Assembly: GCA_028821265.1 (NCBI GenBank)
Contig: JAPPGU010000073.1
Location: 3,149 to 67,148 of the forward strand
Direction: 5' to 3'
DNA from: a bacterium
GTDB lineage: Bacteria; Actinomycetota; Acidimicrobiia; Spongiisociales; Spongiisociaceae
Length of the DNA: 64,000 nucleotides
In this document: positions 1 to 9,778 of the stretch, piece by piece
Layout of the letters: every line of letters begins with the position of its first letter
How positions within the stretch are numbered: position 1 is the first letter of the stretch
Notes under the pieces: model-generated
Told to the model about the DNA's origin: nothing
Database searches by the model: none
The model's input: only the letters and a program-made list of their open reading frames with translations
Translations under genes and position numbers: made by a program

Positions 1-831
1 GGGAAGTCGATGACCCTGCGCGCCATCCTGCGGTTGATGCCGCCGGGCGGGGCGATCACCGGTGGATCGGTGAAGTGGCAGGACCGCTCCGTGCTCGGCC
101 TGGATACCGATGAACTCCAAGCCTATCGGGGCTCGGACGTGGCCATGATCTACCAGAATCCTGTATCGGCGCTAGATCCGATGCTGAGCGTGGAGCGCCA
201 GATCGTGGACGCGTTCAAGGCCAACCGAGCGACCTCTGACGGTGTTGCGGAGGAGTTCGCCAGGGACGCCCTGCGGGACCTCGAGTTCGGCAACCCCGAC
301 GTCATCCTGAACCGCTACCCGCACCAGTTGAGCGGAGGTATGGCGCAGCGGGTCAACATAGCTCTGGCCCTGGCGTGCGGCCCATCCCTCATACTGGCGG
401 ACGAGCCGACCACCGGCCTCGACATGACAACCCAGATAAGGGTGCTTGATCTGCTGGAGCAGCAAGTCCATGCTCGCAATGCCGCCCTGCTCTTCATCTC
501 CCACGACCTGCGGGCCGTCTCAAGGGTGGCCCGGAACATCGGGATCATGTACGCCGGGCAGGTGGTCGAGTTCGGCCCTCGGGAGCGTATCCTGACCGAT
601 CCGTCCCATCCCTACGCCAGAGCACTGCTCGAATGCATGGATCTGCGGACCGGGGAGCGTCCTCGCTCGATTCCCGGTCTGGTTCCGCGGATGACCGAGG
701 AGTACGAGCTCTGCGCCTTCCGGGACCGCTGCCCCTCGCGGATGGCCGCATGCGACGAGGAACCCCTACCCGTACACAAGCTGGGCAGGCGCCGGCGGTT
801 GCTGTGCCACTTGGGCCCCCATCATGGCTAA
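1..831 (+). CDS. Peptide-type ABC transporter ATP-binding protein (DppD/OppD-like), 5' end cut by window edge
   Basis: Frame 1 is open from base 1 (GKS looks like the end of Walker A). ABC signature LSGGMAQR, Walker B LILADEPTTGLD, H-loop ISHDL, and a Cys-containing C-terminal tail typical of oligopeptide ABC ATPases. Confidence 0.85.
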   Translation, partial: GKSMTLRAILRLMPPGGAITGGSVKWQDRSVLGLDTDELQAYRGSDVAMIYQNPVSALDPMLSVERQIVDAFKANRATSDGVAEEFARDALRDLEFGNPDVILNRYPHQLSGGMAQRVNIALALACGPSLILADEPTTGLDMTTQIRVLDLLEQQVHARNAALLFISHDLRAVSRVARNIGIMYAGQVVEFGPRERILTDPSHPYARALLECMDLRTGERPRSIPGLVPRMTEEYELCAFRDRCPSRMAACDEEPLPVHKLGRRRRLLCHLGPHHG

Positions 832-1771
832 GTCCCCCATCCTCGAGGTCCGCAACCTGTTCAAGACCTATCGGGTACGACGCTCCATCGGACTGGTGGA
901 GACGGTGAAGGCGGCCCAGGACATATCGTTCGCGGTGGAGCGGGGCCGGACCCTGGGAATAGTGGGGGAGAGCGGATCCGGCAAGTCGACGGTGGCTCGT
1001 TGCCTCCTGGGTCTCACGCCGCTTACGGAGGGGGAGGTTCTACTGGACGGGAACCAGTTGGGTGCTCTGGGTGTCCGGAAGATGCGATCTCACCGCCGCA
1101 TGATGCAGATGGTGTTCCAGATGCCGCAGGCATCCTTCGACCCGACCCGGACAGTCCGCAGCTCGGTTGCCGAGCCGCTGCGGCGGCTCAGATCGGACAT
1201 GTCAAGAACACAGCAGGACGAGCGCCTCGCTGAGGTATTGACGGCTGTGAGTCTTGGGGAGGAACTCTGGGACCGCAAACCCAGGGCGCTGAGCGGAGGC
1301 CAGCTCCAGCGGGCGGCCATCGCACGGGCGCTGGCGCCCGATCCCGAACTTTTGGTGCTTGATGAACCCACCTCGTCGCTCGACCTGAGCGTACGTGGAG
1401 AGATCCTGTCTCTTCTGCAACGTCTCCAGGAAGAGTTCCACGTCGCGTTCGTGTTGATCTCCCATGACCTCGAGGCCGTGCGGGTCTGCGCGGACGACGT
1501 GATCGTCATGTACCTGGGCCAAGTGGTCGAAGAAGGTACGGCAGCCCAGGTATTCGGATCACCGGCCCATCCGTATACGCAGGCTCTGATCGCGGCCAGC
1601 AAGTTCGAGACCGACAGTTTCGAGCTGGGCCCGAAGGGAGAGACGGACCCGACCGCTGGGTGCCGCCTGATGCCGAGATGCCCACTCGCCGAAGAGGCCT
1701 GCTCGGCCGAACAGGACCTGGTTCCGAGCGCCACGGACGGGCGCATGGTGCGATGTTGGAAAGTCTCGTAA
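824..1771 (+). CDS. Peptide-type ABC transporter ATP-binding protein (DppF/OppF-like)
   Basis: Walker A GESGSGKST, signature LSGGQLQR, Walker B LLVLDEPTSSLD, H-loop ISHDL. The ATG overlaps the upstream gene by 8 nt. Confidence 0.9.
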   Translation: MAKSPILEVRNLFKTYRVRRSIGLVETVKAAQDISFAVERGRTLGIVGESGSGKSTVARCLLGLTPLTEGEVLLDGNQLGALGVRKMRSHRRMMQMVFQMPQASFDPTRTVRSSVAEPLRRLRSDMSRTQQDERLAEVLTAVSLGEELWDRKPRALSGGQLQRAAIARALAPDPELLVLDEPTSSLDLSVRGEILSLLQRLQEEFHVAFVLISHDLEAVRVCADDVIVMYLGQVVEEGTAAQVFGSPAHPYTQALIAASKFETDSFELGPKGETDPTAGCRLMPRCPLAEEACSAEQDLVPSATDGRMVRCWKVS

Positions 1772-1901
1772 CGCCGTGTCTCGTCCAGCCTCGGACTAAC
1801 GGCCGGCGGGCGCGGCGGTGCGCGCCCTAGGGCATTTCGAGACAACCGGTGACTGTTACTCTTGCGGTCGCGTTCTCTCCACCTGAAGGGATCTACAAGT
1901 A

Positions 1902-3899
1902 ATGGGAACAAGAATCGCGGTGGACATCGGTGGGACCTTCACCGATCTGGTCATGGAGTCGGACGCCGGAACGCAGGTCTCCAAGGTTCTGAGTACCCCC
2001 GAGGACCTGGTCGACGGCGTGCTGGATGCGGTGGAGAAGGCCGGCGCCGACCTCGCTGACGTATCGCTCTTCATCCACGGGACCACGGTTGGGCTGAACA
2101 CCTTCCTCGAGCGTTCCGGCGGCAAGGTGGCCCTGGTCACCACCAGGGGTTATCGCGACGCCTACATCATCGGCCGGGGCCACCGGCCCGACATGTACGA
2201 CCTGAAGTATCACAAACCCGCCACGCTGGTCGAGCGGGACTCCATCCTCGAAATCGACGAGCGGATCAGCGCATCCGGTGAGGAGCTACTCCCGCTCGAC
2301 GCCAATTCGGTGGAGGTGGTGGCCAAGGCCATTGCCGAGGCCGAGTACGAAGCGGTGGCGGTCTCCCTCATCCATTCCTATGTCGACCCGTTGCACGAGT
2401 TGGAGACACGAGAGATTCTCCGCAGGACCCTCCCCGACATTCCCATCGTGCTCAGCCACGAGGTAGCGCCCGAGTGGCGGGAGTACGAGCGGACTTCCTC
2501 AACCGTGACCTCGGTGTACATCACCCCCCGGGTTCGCGACTACCTGTCACGGTTGTCCGAGGCCCTCCGTGACAAGGGCCTGTCGGTGCCGCTCCACATA
2601 ACCCAGTCGAACGGCGGGGCGATGATCGCCGACTCGGCGGCCGACCGGGCGGTGCTCACCCTCTACTCGGGACCGGTGGGTGGCGTGATCGGAGGCCGGG
2701 AGGTGGGCCGGAAGACCGACCAACCCGACCTCATCTGCATCGACATGGGCGGCACCTCTTTCGACGTCTCGATCGTACGCGGCGGTCAGGTGGGCATGCA
2801 GTCCGAGTTCGAGCTCCAGGGCCTGCCGATCCTGGCGCCCGCGGTGGAGTTGGTGAGCATCGGCGCCGGCGGCGGGAGTTTGATCTACGAGCGGCACGGC
2901 GGGCTCCGGGTGGGTCCCGAGTCCGCGGGCTCGTTCCCAGGCCCGGCCAGCTACGGGCGGGGCGGCGTCCGCCCCACCGTCTCGGATGCCAACGTGGTGC
3001 TGGGGCGCATTCCGCGAGCCCAGAAGCTGGCCGGTTCCTTCACGCTGGATCGCCAGGCCGCCGAGGACGCGCTGGACTCCGTGGCCGGGTTCTTCGACCT
3101 GACGGCGACGGAACTGGCCGAGCAAGCGCTCGACGTCACCCACTTCGTCATGGCCGAGGCGATCCGCGAGTTGACCGTGGAGCGCGGCCTGCATCCCAAG
3201 GACTTCGCCATCGTGGCCTTCGGCGGGGCGGGCCCCCTCCACGCCGCCTTCTTGGCCGAGGAGCTCGAGGTGGAGCGGGTGCTGATACCCGCCGATCCTG
3301 GCGTCTTCTCCGCCTGGGGAATGCTCCAGGGCGACGTCCGTCACGATGCCGTGACCACCCATTACCGGAGGCTGGACCAGCCCATCGTCGACCTGACCGA
3401 GCCACTCGAGCGGCTCAAGGACAAGGTTTGCCGCGAGATGGAGGTGGATGAGGAGCAGCGGGCCGGAATGCGCTTCGAGACGCACGTCGAGCTGCGGTAC
3501 GTGGGCCAGGAGTACTCCCTGCCCATCCCGTTGGCGGATGCGGCTGCCGACGAAGAGTTCAAGGCGAGCTTCCACGCCCGCTACGAGGAGCGCTACGGCC
3601 ACGCCAACCCGGAGGCCCCCATCGAGATGGTCGCCATCCGCTTGACGGGCATCCGCGAGTTCGAGCGCGGGCCGTCCGGCAACGGCAACGGGCAGGCCGG
3701 CGGGGCGGCCCGCACCAGCGAGCAGGTCATCTTCGACGGGCGGTCCCTGGAGGTCCCGATCGTGGACCGGGGCGACCTGTCCGGTCGTCTGGTGGGCCCG
3801 GCCATCGTCATGGAATCATCCACCACCACAGTGGTCCCTCCCGGCTGGGAACTCCGCGTGGGATCCCAGGGCCATCTGATCATGGAAAGGGGAGGCTGA
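1902..3899 (+). CDS. hyuA: Hydantoinase A / oxoprolinase family protein (ATP-dependent hydantoinase, A subunit)
   Basis: 665 aa. Actin-fold ATPase motifs IAVDIGGTFTDLV and CIDMGGTSFDVS, with the typical HyuA length and layout. It is followed 3 nt later by a hyuB-type gene. Confidence 0.85.
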   Translation: MGTRIAVDIGGTFTDLVMESDAGTQVSKVLSTPEDLVDGVLDAVEKAGADLADVSLFIHGTTVGLNTFLERSGGKVALVTTRGYRDAYIIGRGHRPDMYDLKYHKPATLVERDSILEIDERISASGEELLPLDANSVEVVAKAIAEAEYEAVAVSLIHSYVDPLHELETREILRRTLPDIPIVLSHEVAPEWREYERTSSTVTSVYITPRVRDYLSRLSEALRDKGLSVPLHITQSNGGAMIADSAADRAVLTLYSGPVGGVIGGREVGRKTDQPDLICIDMGGTSFDVSIVRGGQVGMQSEFELQGLPILAPAVELVSIGAGGGSLIYERHGGLRVGPESAGSFPGPASYGRGGVRPTVSDANVVLGRIPRAQKLAGSFTLDRQAAEDALDSVAGFFDLTATELAEQALDVTHFVMAEAIRELTVERGLHPKDFAIVAFGGAGPLHAAFLAEELEVERVLIPADPGVFSAWGMLQGDVRHDAVTTHYRRLDQPIVDLTEPLERLKDKVCREMEVDEEQRAGMRFETHVELRYVGQEYSLPIPLADAAADEEFKASFHARYEERYGHANPEAPIEMVAIRLTGIREFERGPSGNGNGQAGGAARTSEQVIFDGRSLEVPIVDRGDLSGRLVGPAIVMESSTTTVVPPGWELRVGSQGHLIMERGG

Positions 3900-3901
3900 C
3901 C

Positions 3902-5557
3902 ATGAGCGACACCACCGTCAACGGCGAAAACCGGAACATGCCCTCGCCGGCCACGGTCGAGGTGGTCCGCCATGCCTTCATCTCCGGGGCGGAGCAGATG
4001 CGGAGGAACCTGTATCGCAGCGCTCACAGCCCGGTCATCTACGAGATGAAGGACTGCTCGGTGGGGATCTTCGACGCCGAGGGCCACCTGCTCGGCCAGG
4101 CGCCGGGTCTCCCGTTCTTCCTGGGAAGCCTGGGCGGGACCATCCGGGCCGTTATCGGGATCAACGGTTACGAGGTCTTCCGGGAAGGGGATGTCTGGAT
4201 CGTCAACGATTCGACTATCGCCGGTAGCCATCTCAACGATGTGACCGTATACGCTCCGATCTTCGTGGACGGGTTGTTGCGCGGGTTCACCGCCGCCAAG
4301 GCCCACTGGAACGACATCGGCGCCAAGGACGCCGGCTTCGCCGGTGACACCACGGACATCTTCCAGGAAGGTCTGCGCATCGGACCGACCTGCATCTTCC
4401 GGGACGGCCGTCTCGACCAGCAGATCGTGGATCTGATCGCCCTCAATTCCAGGTTCCCGACCGCGCTGGTGGGTGACCTGATGGCCGAGATCAGCGCCTG
4501 CCGGACCGGGGTGGAGCGATTCCGTTCCATCGTGCACCGGTTCGGCTGGGATCAGGTGGAGAAATCCATCCATGCCGTGTTCGAGCAGGCCGAGGCCGAG
4601 GACCGGCGGTCGGTGGCGGAGATCCCCGACGGTGTCTACGTCGAGGACGCCTACCTGGACAACGATGGCGTGACCGAGGATCCCGTCCACGTGAAGGTGA
4701 CGGTCACCGTCGAGGGTGACAGTATGACCGTCGACCTGACCGGCTCCAATAAGCAGAACGTGGGCAGCGTCAACAGCGGCATCGTGCAGACCCGATCGGG
4801 TATCGAGCAGGGCTTCAAGTTCCTGGTCAACCCGCATTCGCCGGTGTCGGGAGGGAACTTCCGGAACCTAGAGGTCATCGCGCCGGAGGGGACCTGTTTC
4901 AACCCGAGCGAAACCGCCGCCTGCCTCAAGTACGGGCCCCATCTGATGTTGGCGCTGGATCTGATGATCAAGGCCCTGAGCCGGGTCGTGCCGGAGCGGG
5001 CCGCGGCGGGGCACGTGGGCGACTCCTGGAACGTGATCATCGTGGGGGAGGACGAGTTCGGCCTGTTCCTGTCGGGGGAGGCCCTGACGGGCGGTTGGGG
5101 TGCCTTCGAGGGGGGCGACGGCGAGTCGGCTCTCATCCACTCGGCGGCGGGCGACTTCAAGAACTTCCCGATCGAGACCATGGAGCACCGCTACCCGCTG
5201 ATCATGAGGCGCCACAGCCTGCGCGAGGGCTCGGGCGGCGACGGGAAGTGGCGGGGCGGCATGGGCATCGTCCGCGAGTACGAGATCCTGGCGCCGGTGA
5301 CGATCCAGCTCTGGTTCGAGCGGGCCGTCCAGCAGCCTTCCTGGGGGCTGTTCGGCGGCCAGGACGGCGCGTCGCCGGAGGTGTGGGTGCACCGTCCCGG
5401 CGAGGAGCCCGAGAAGATGTACAAGGCCAACGATCTGAAGGTCGAGCCCGGGACCCGGTTGGTGGTGAAGACCGGGGGAGGGGGAGGCTGGGGCGACCCC
5501 GCCGAGCGTGCCCCCGAGGACCGAGCCACAGACCGTCGCCTGGAGTTGGTCCCCTGA
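3902..5557 (+). CDS. hyuB: Hydantoinase B / oxoprolinase family protein
   Basis: 551 aa. N-terminal TVEVVRHAFISGAEQM, WIVNDSTIAGSHLNDVTVYAPIF, and C-terminal GGGGGWGDP, all characteristic of the HyuB/OplB family. Confidence 0.85.
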   Translation: MSDTTVNGENRNMPSPATVEVVRHAFISGAEQMRRNLYRSAHSPVIYEMKDCSVGIFDAEGHLLGQAPGLPFFLGSLGGTIRAVIGINGYEVFREGDVWIVNDSTIAGSHLNDVTVYAPIFVDGLLRGFTAAKAHWNDIGAKDAGFAGDTTDIFQEGLRIGPTCIFRDGRLDQQIVDLIALNSRFPTALVGDLMAEISACRTGVERFRSIVHRFGWDQVEKSIHAVFEQAEAEDRRSVAEIPDGVYVEDAYLDNDGVTEDPVHVKVTVTVEGDSMTVDLTGSNKQNVGSVNSGIVQTRSGIEQGFKFLVNPHSPVSGGNFRNLEVIAPEGTCFNPSETAACLKYGPHLMLALDLMIKALSRVVPERAAAGHVGDSWNVIIVGEDEFGLFLSGEALTGGWGAFEGGDGESALIHSAAGDFKNFPIETMEHRYPLIMRRHSLREGSGGDGKWRGGMGIVREYEILAPVTIQLWFERAVQQPSWGLFGGQDGASPEVWVHRPGEEPEKMYKANDLKVEPGTRLVVKTGGGGGWGDPAERAPEDRATDRRLELVP

Positions 5558-7211
5558 GTCCCGGGTAGTCGAAATCAGAACCCCCGACCTGTCCGCTCCG
5601 TCGCCCGCGACGGTCGAGGTGGTGCGGAACGCGTTCATCTCCGGGGCGGAGCAGATGCGGAGGAACCTCTACCGGAGCGCGTACAGCCCGGTGATCTACG
5701 AGGCTAAGGACTGCTCGGTGGGGATCTTCGACGCCGAGGGCCACCTGCTGGGCCAGGCGCCGGGTCTCCCGTTCTTCCTGGGAAGCCTGGGCGGGACCAT
5801 CCGGGCCGTTATCGGGATCAAGGGTTACGAGGTCTTCCGGGAAGGGGATGTCTGGATCGTCAACGATTCGACCATTGCCGGTAGCCATCTCAACGATGTG
5901 ACCGTGTACGCTCCGATCTTCGTGGACGGGTTGTTGCGCGGGTTCTCGGCGGCCAAGGCCCACTGGAACGACATCGGAGCCAAGCGGGCCGGCTACGTGG
6001 GTGACAGCACGGACATCTTCCAGGAAGGTCTCCGGATCGGCCCCACGTGCATCTTCCGGGACGGCCGGCTTGATCAGCAGATCGTGGACCTGATCGCTCT
6101 GAACTCCCGTTTCCCGACCGCGCTGGTGGGTGACCTGATGGCCGAGATCAGTGCCTGCCGGACCGGGGTGGAGCGGTTCCGGTCGATAGTGCGCCGTTTC
6201 GGGTGGGCTCAGGTCGAAACCTCTTTACGGCTGGTCTTCGACCAGGCGGAGGTCGAGGACCGTGCCTCGGTGGCCGAGATACCCGATGGCGTCTACGTGG
6301 CTGACGGGTACCTCGACGACGACGGTGTCACCGAGGACCCCGTCTACGTCAAGGTCACCGTCACGGTGGAGGGTGACAGCATGACCGTAGACCTCTCCGG
6401 CTCCAACCGCCAGTGTGTCGGCAGCATCAACAGCGGCATCGTGCAGACCCGGTCCGGCATCGAGCAGGGTTTCAAGTTTCTCGTCAATCCCCACGCTCCG
6501 GTGTCGGGAGGGAACTTCCGCAACCTCGAAGTGATCGCGCCGGAGGGCACCTGCTTCAACCCGGCCGAGACCGCCCCCTGCCTCCACTACGGACCCCACC
6601 TGATGCTGGCCATCGACCTCATGATCAAGGCCTTGAGCGCGGTGATTCCCGAGCGGACCGCGGCGGGACATGTGGGCGATTCGTGGAATGTCAGCATCGT
6701 GGGGGAGAACGAGTTCGGCCTCTTCCTCTCAGGCGAGTCGCTGACGGGGGGTTGGGGCGCCTACGAGGGCGGGGACGGCGAGTCGGCCCTGACCCACTCG
6801 GCAGCCGGGGAATACCGGAACCAACCGATCGAGTCGTTGGAGAACCGGTATCCGTTCCTGATGCGCCGTCACGCCCTGCGGGACGGTTCCGGCGGTGACG
6901 GGAAGTGGCGCGGTGGCCTGGGGATCATCCGGGAGTACGAACTCCTGGCTCCATGTACCGTCAACCTCTGGTTCGAGCGTTCCAAGCAACCGTCGTGGGG
7001 TCTCTTCGGTGGGGAGGCCGGGGCGTCGCCCGAGGTGTGGGTGCACCGTCCTGGCCAGGCTCCCACCCGGATGCTCAAGGCCAACGGTCTCAAGGTGGAG
7101 GCCGGAACGAGGCTCCTGGTGATGACCGGCGGGGGAGGGGGCTGGGGGGACCCGGCGGAGCGCACCGCGGCGGATCGTGAACGGGACCGCCGCCTCGAGA
7201 TGGTCATCTGA
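5508..7211 (+). CDS. hyuB: Hydantoinase B / oxoprolinase family protein, tandem paralog of the preceding gene
   Basis: Collinear with 3902..5557 over nearly the whole length, with the same motifs. The only canonical in-frame start upstream of the conserved TVEVVRNAF segment is GTG 5508, which overlaps the previous gene by 50 nt and has no nearby SD, so the start is uncertain. Confidence 0.8.
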   Translation: MPPRTEPQTVAWSWSPESRVVEIRTPDLSAPSPATVEVVRNAFISGAEQMRRNLYRSAYSPVIYEAKDCSVGIFDAEGHLLGQAPGLPFFLGSLGGTIRAVIGIKGYEVFREGDVWIVNDSTIAGSHLNDVTVYAPIFVDGLLRGFSAAKAHWNDIGAKRAGYVGDSTDIFQEGLRIGPTCIFRDGRLDQQIVDLIALNSRFPTALVGDLMAEISACRTGVERFRSIVRRFGWAQVETSLRLVFDQAEVEDRASVAEIPDGVYVADGYLDDDGVTEDPVYVKVTVTVEGDSMTVDLSGSNRQCVGSINSGIVQTRSGIEQGFKFLVNPHAPVSGGNFRNLEVIAPEGTCFNPAETAPCLHYGPHLMLAIDLMIKALSAVIPERTAAGHVGDSWNVSIVGENEFGLFLSGESLTGGWGAYEGGDGESALTHSAAGEYRNQPIESLENRYPFLMRRHALRDGSGGDGKWRGGLGIIREYELLAPCTVNLWFERSKQPSWGLFGGEAGASPEVWVHRPGQAPTRMLKANGLKVEAGTRLLVMTGGGGGWGDPAERTAADRERDRRLEMVI

Positions 7212-7342
7212 CCGTTGGGATGCACGTGCGGCCGGCGGCGGGCCGTGTCGGGTCTAACCTCTTGCAAGTTGTTCGCTAAACAGCCACGCCGACGTGTCCG
7301 GCTGGATTCATCGGGAGACACACGGATCCGGGAGGGAACCAA

Positions 7343-8977
7343 ATGAGTGATATGAACCAGGCGGTTCAGGATCTGGGGGCCGAGTTCTGGGATTGGAGGG
7401 TTGTCGCCGGCTACCGGAGCCCCGACGACGTTCCACGCCTGGAGTTGGTGCCCGACTGGATCCCGCAGTTCGACGAGGATGCCGCCCGCCACCGGCTGGA
7501 GAAGGCCGCGGACTTCCGGCAGCGATGGGAGGACCTCGACGTGTCTGGCGAGCCGGTGCCCACCCAGGTCGACTACCGGCTGATCGGTTCCGCCATCTCC
7601 CGGGTGGAGTGGGAGACCAGCGTCCTGCGCTCCTGGGAGCGGGACGCCGTTATGCAGGTACATCAGGCGCTCGGCACGTACTTCGATTCGCTGCTCTGCC
7701 CGCCTCCGTTCGATAGGGATCGCCAGGACGGCATCATCCACAAGCTCCACATGGTGGGTCCCCAGCTCGAGGTCGCTCTCGAGAACCTGGCCCGAGCGGG
7801 CACCTCAGCTCTGGCCGGGTCGGCAATCCGCCTGCTTCGAGCGATCGATACCGCCCTGCCCAAGTCGATCGAAGAGCTGAGCGGGTACTTCGATGCATCT
7901 CGTAGGAGCTCCCTGGCCGAGGCCGGCGCCCAAGCCACCGAGCACCTGGTGTCCTTCCGCGAGTGGCTGCGCGAGCATCAGGACGGGATGGTTGCCCCGG
8001 AGCCGGTAGGGCGCGACAAATTCATGTGGTACCTCCGGAACGTGGCGCTCCTTCCCCTCCAGCCCGAGGAGATGGTGCTGCTGGCCGAACGGGAGCTCTA
8101 CTACAACTACGCCTGGGAGGAGGTGGAGCGCAACCGCTACGGCGACACGCCGGTACCCGACCGCTTCCCGACCGCCGAGGCCCAGTGTGAACAGCAGGCC
8201 CGGGATGAGCAAGCGGTCCGGGAGTTCTACGAGAACGAGAACCTCCTGACCCAACCCGATTCGCTCCGCCGCTACCTCACCGCGCCCCTACCGGAGTACG
8301 TGCAGCCTCTCAACTGGCTGGGGGTGGCCAACGACCTGACGTCCGATCAGCGCCTCGACGAGGATGCGTACACGTACGTCTGGGATCCCAACCGGCCCCT
8401 GTCCTACTTTTACGAGGCCAATGCCCGGGATCCCCGGTTGGGCATCATGCACGAAGGTGTCCACTACAAGCAGCTGGCCCTCTCCTGGGCCAACCCCAAC
8501 CCGCTGCGACGGCGCTACTACGACTCGCTCAGCAACGAGGGCCTGGCCCACTACAACGAGGCGTTGATGCTCCAGGCGGGCCTGTTCGACGACGCTCCCT
8601 GGTCGAGGCTGGTGACCCAGAACTTCAAGCGACTTCGTAGCCTGCGGACGGTGGTGGACGTGAGTCTGGCGACCGGGGCCATCACCCTCGAGGAGGGGAT
8701 GAAGATGTTCGAGGAGCTGATCCCGGTCGATCCCCAGACCGCTCTCGAGGAGACGTCGATGTACGTGTCCAACCCGGGCCTGGCAATGGCCTACATGGTC
8801 GGAAAGCTCGAGATCATCCGCCTGCTGGGCGATGCCAAAAAGAAGCTGGGGGCCGAGTTCAGCCTGAGATGGTTCCACGACCATCTGTGGAGCAACGGCA
8901 ACGTTCCCATCTCGCTGCTCCGCTGGGAGATGCTGGACGACCCGAGCGACATAGAGGCCATCGACCAGGCCGGTTAA
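7343..8977 (+). CDS. DUF885-like protein with HExxH motif (putative metallopeptidase-like)
   Basis: 544 aa. Size and the IMHEGVHYKQ (HExxH..Q) motif resemble DUF885 as I remember it. SD-like GGGAGGGAA lies upstream of the ATG. Confidence 0.5.
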   Translation: MSDMNQAVQDLGAEFWDWRVVAGYRSPDDVPRLELVPDWIPQFDEDAARHRLEKAADFRQRWEDLDVSGEPVPTQVDYRLIGSAISRVEWETSVLRSWERDAVMQVHQALGTYFDSLLCPPPFDRDRQDGIIHKLHMVGPQLEVALENLARAGTSALAGSAIRLLRAIDTALPKSIEELSGYFDASRRSSLAEAGAQATEHLVSFREWLREHQDGMVAPEPVGRDKFMWYLRNVALLPLQPEEMVLLAERELYYNYAWEEVERNRYGDTPVPDRFPTAEAQCEQQARDEQAVREFYENENLLTQPDSLRRYLTAPLPEYVQPLNWLGVANDLTSDQRLDEDAYTYVWDPNRPLSYFYEANARDPRLGIMHEGVHYKQLALSWANPNPLRRRYYDSLSNEGLAHYNEALMLQAGLFDDAPWSRLVTQNFKRLRSLRTVVDVSLATGAITLEEGMKMFEELIPVDPQTALEETSMYVSNPGLAMAYMVGKLEIIRLLGDAKKKLGAEFSLRWFHDHLWSNGNVPISLLRWEMLDDPSDIEAIDQAG

Positions 8978-9035
8978 GGGTGCCAGTGCTGGCTGCCGGG
9001 TAGCCAACCAAGGCAAACGAGTCGATGATGCGGAG

Positions 9036-9590
9036 TCATGGTCCCACGCGGTGCCTGATGCCGTTTCGGGCGCGGTTGTAGGCGTTCCGATCGCCTAGCA
9101 CGCCGAAGGTCCAGTTCGCCTCCTGCACGAGCCCGTGAACCTCGAAGGCGACCTGGTAGGGATCGGTTCCGGGCGCTAGTTCGCCTTGTTCCACCGCCAG
9201 ACGTGCATGTTCGGCCAGCGTCTCGATCCATCCCCGTGCTATCTCGGCGATCAGATCCTTGATGTGGTCCGGCAGGTCGGCAGCCCCGCCGACGAATCCG
9301 CCCCGGTAGGCGTCGCTCTCCGCGTAGTCGACCCAGTGCGCGAGAAGGGCCCTGAGCCGTTCGACTCCCCGGGGGGCGGCGGCGGCCGGTTCGGTCACGG
9401 CTCTCTTGAACACGTCGGCGCCCGCCCAGACGATCGACTGCTGGAGCAACTCGTCCGAGGCAAAGTGCTCGGCGACCTCTGGAACAGGAACTTCCAGGTC
9501 CTGCGAGAGCCGTTCCAGCGTCACTGCCTCGAATCCTTCTGCGGCCGATACGTCGGCTGCTGCGGCGACGACCTCGTCTCTGGTGATCAT
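9036..9590 (-). CDS. TetR/AcrR family transcriptional regulator
   Basis: 184 aa. N-terminal HTH region ITRDEVVAAAADVSAAEGFEAVTLERLSQDLEVPVPEVAEHF, followed by a helical C-terminal ligand domain. Confidence 0.8.
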   Translation of the reverse strand: MITRDEVVAAAADVSAAEGFEAVTLERLSQDLEVPVPEVAEHFASDELLQQSIVWAGADVFKRAVTEPAAAAPRGVERLRALLAHWVDYAESDAYRGGFVGGAADLPDHIKDLIAEIARGWIETLAEHARLAVEQGELAPGTDPYQVAFEVHGLVQEANWTFGVLGDRNAYNRARNGIRHRVGP

Positions 9591-9778
9591 TGGCGAGAAG
9601 ATAGCTGCGTGGTCCTACGCCTGTCCGGTTTCTGTTTGCGAGCACATCCGCAGGCGCGGGGGCGGTGCGGTCCGGGCGCGGACCTCGCCGGCTGGATGTC
9701 AGCCCTGCGCGGTTGAATCTCTTGCGGTTTCGGTCGGTGGAAGCAGGTACTGTAGGTCGCCGCGGCCGAAGGGATCTC

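Noticed and set aside
2547-3602. Long antisense and off-frame ORFs throughout the window. Examples: 2547..3602(-), 3593..4837(-), 19667..20845(-), 21101..21928(-), 26200..27189(-), 33812..34837(-), 47473..48900(+), 53926..55539(+), 56742..57941(+), 60543..61760(+).
   Set aside because: They lie wholly inside well-supported genes on the other strand or in another frame. Their products are Arg/Pro/Gly/Ala-rich low-complexity sequences with no recognisable motifs. This is the expected stop-codon-poor artefact of a high-GC genome.
5508-5557. A programmed +1 frameshift fusing hyuB and hyuB' into one polypeptide.
   Set aside because: No recognisable slippery or shifty motif or stimulatory structure is visible in the overlap. 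A plain tandem duplication with an awkward start is the simpler explanation. It is kept only as an alternative within the hyuB finding.
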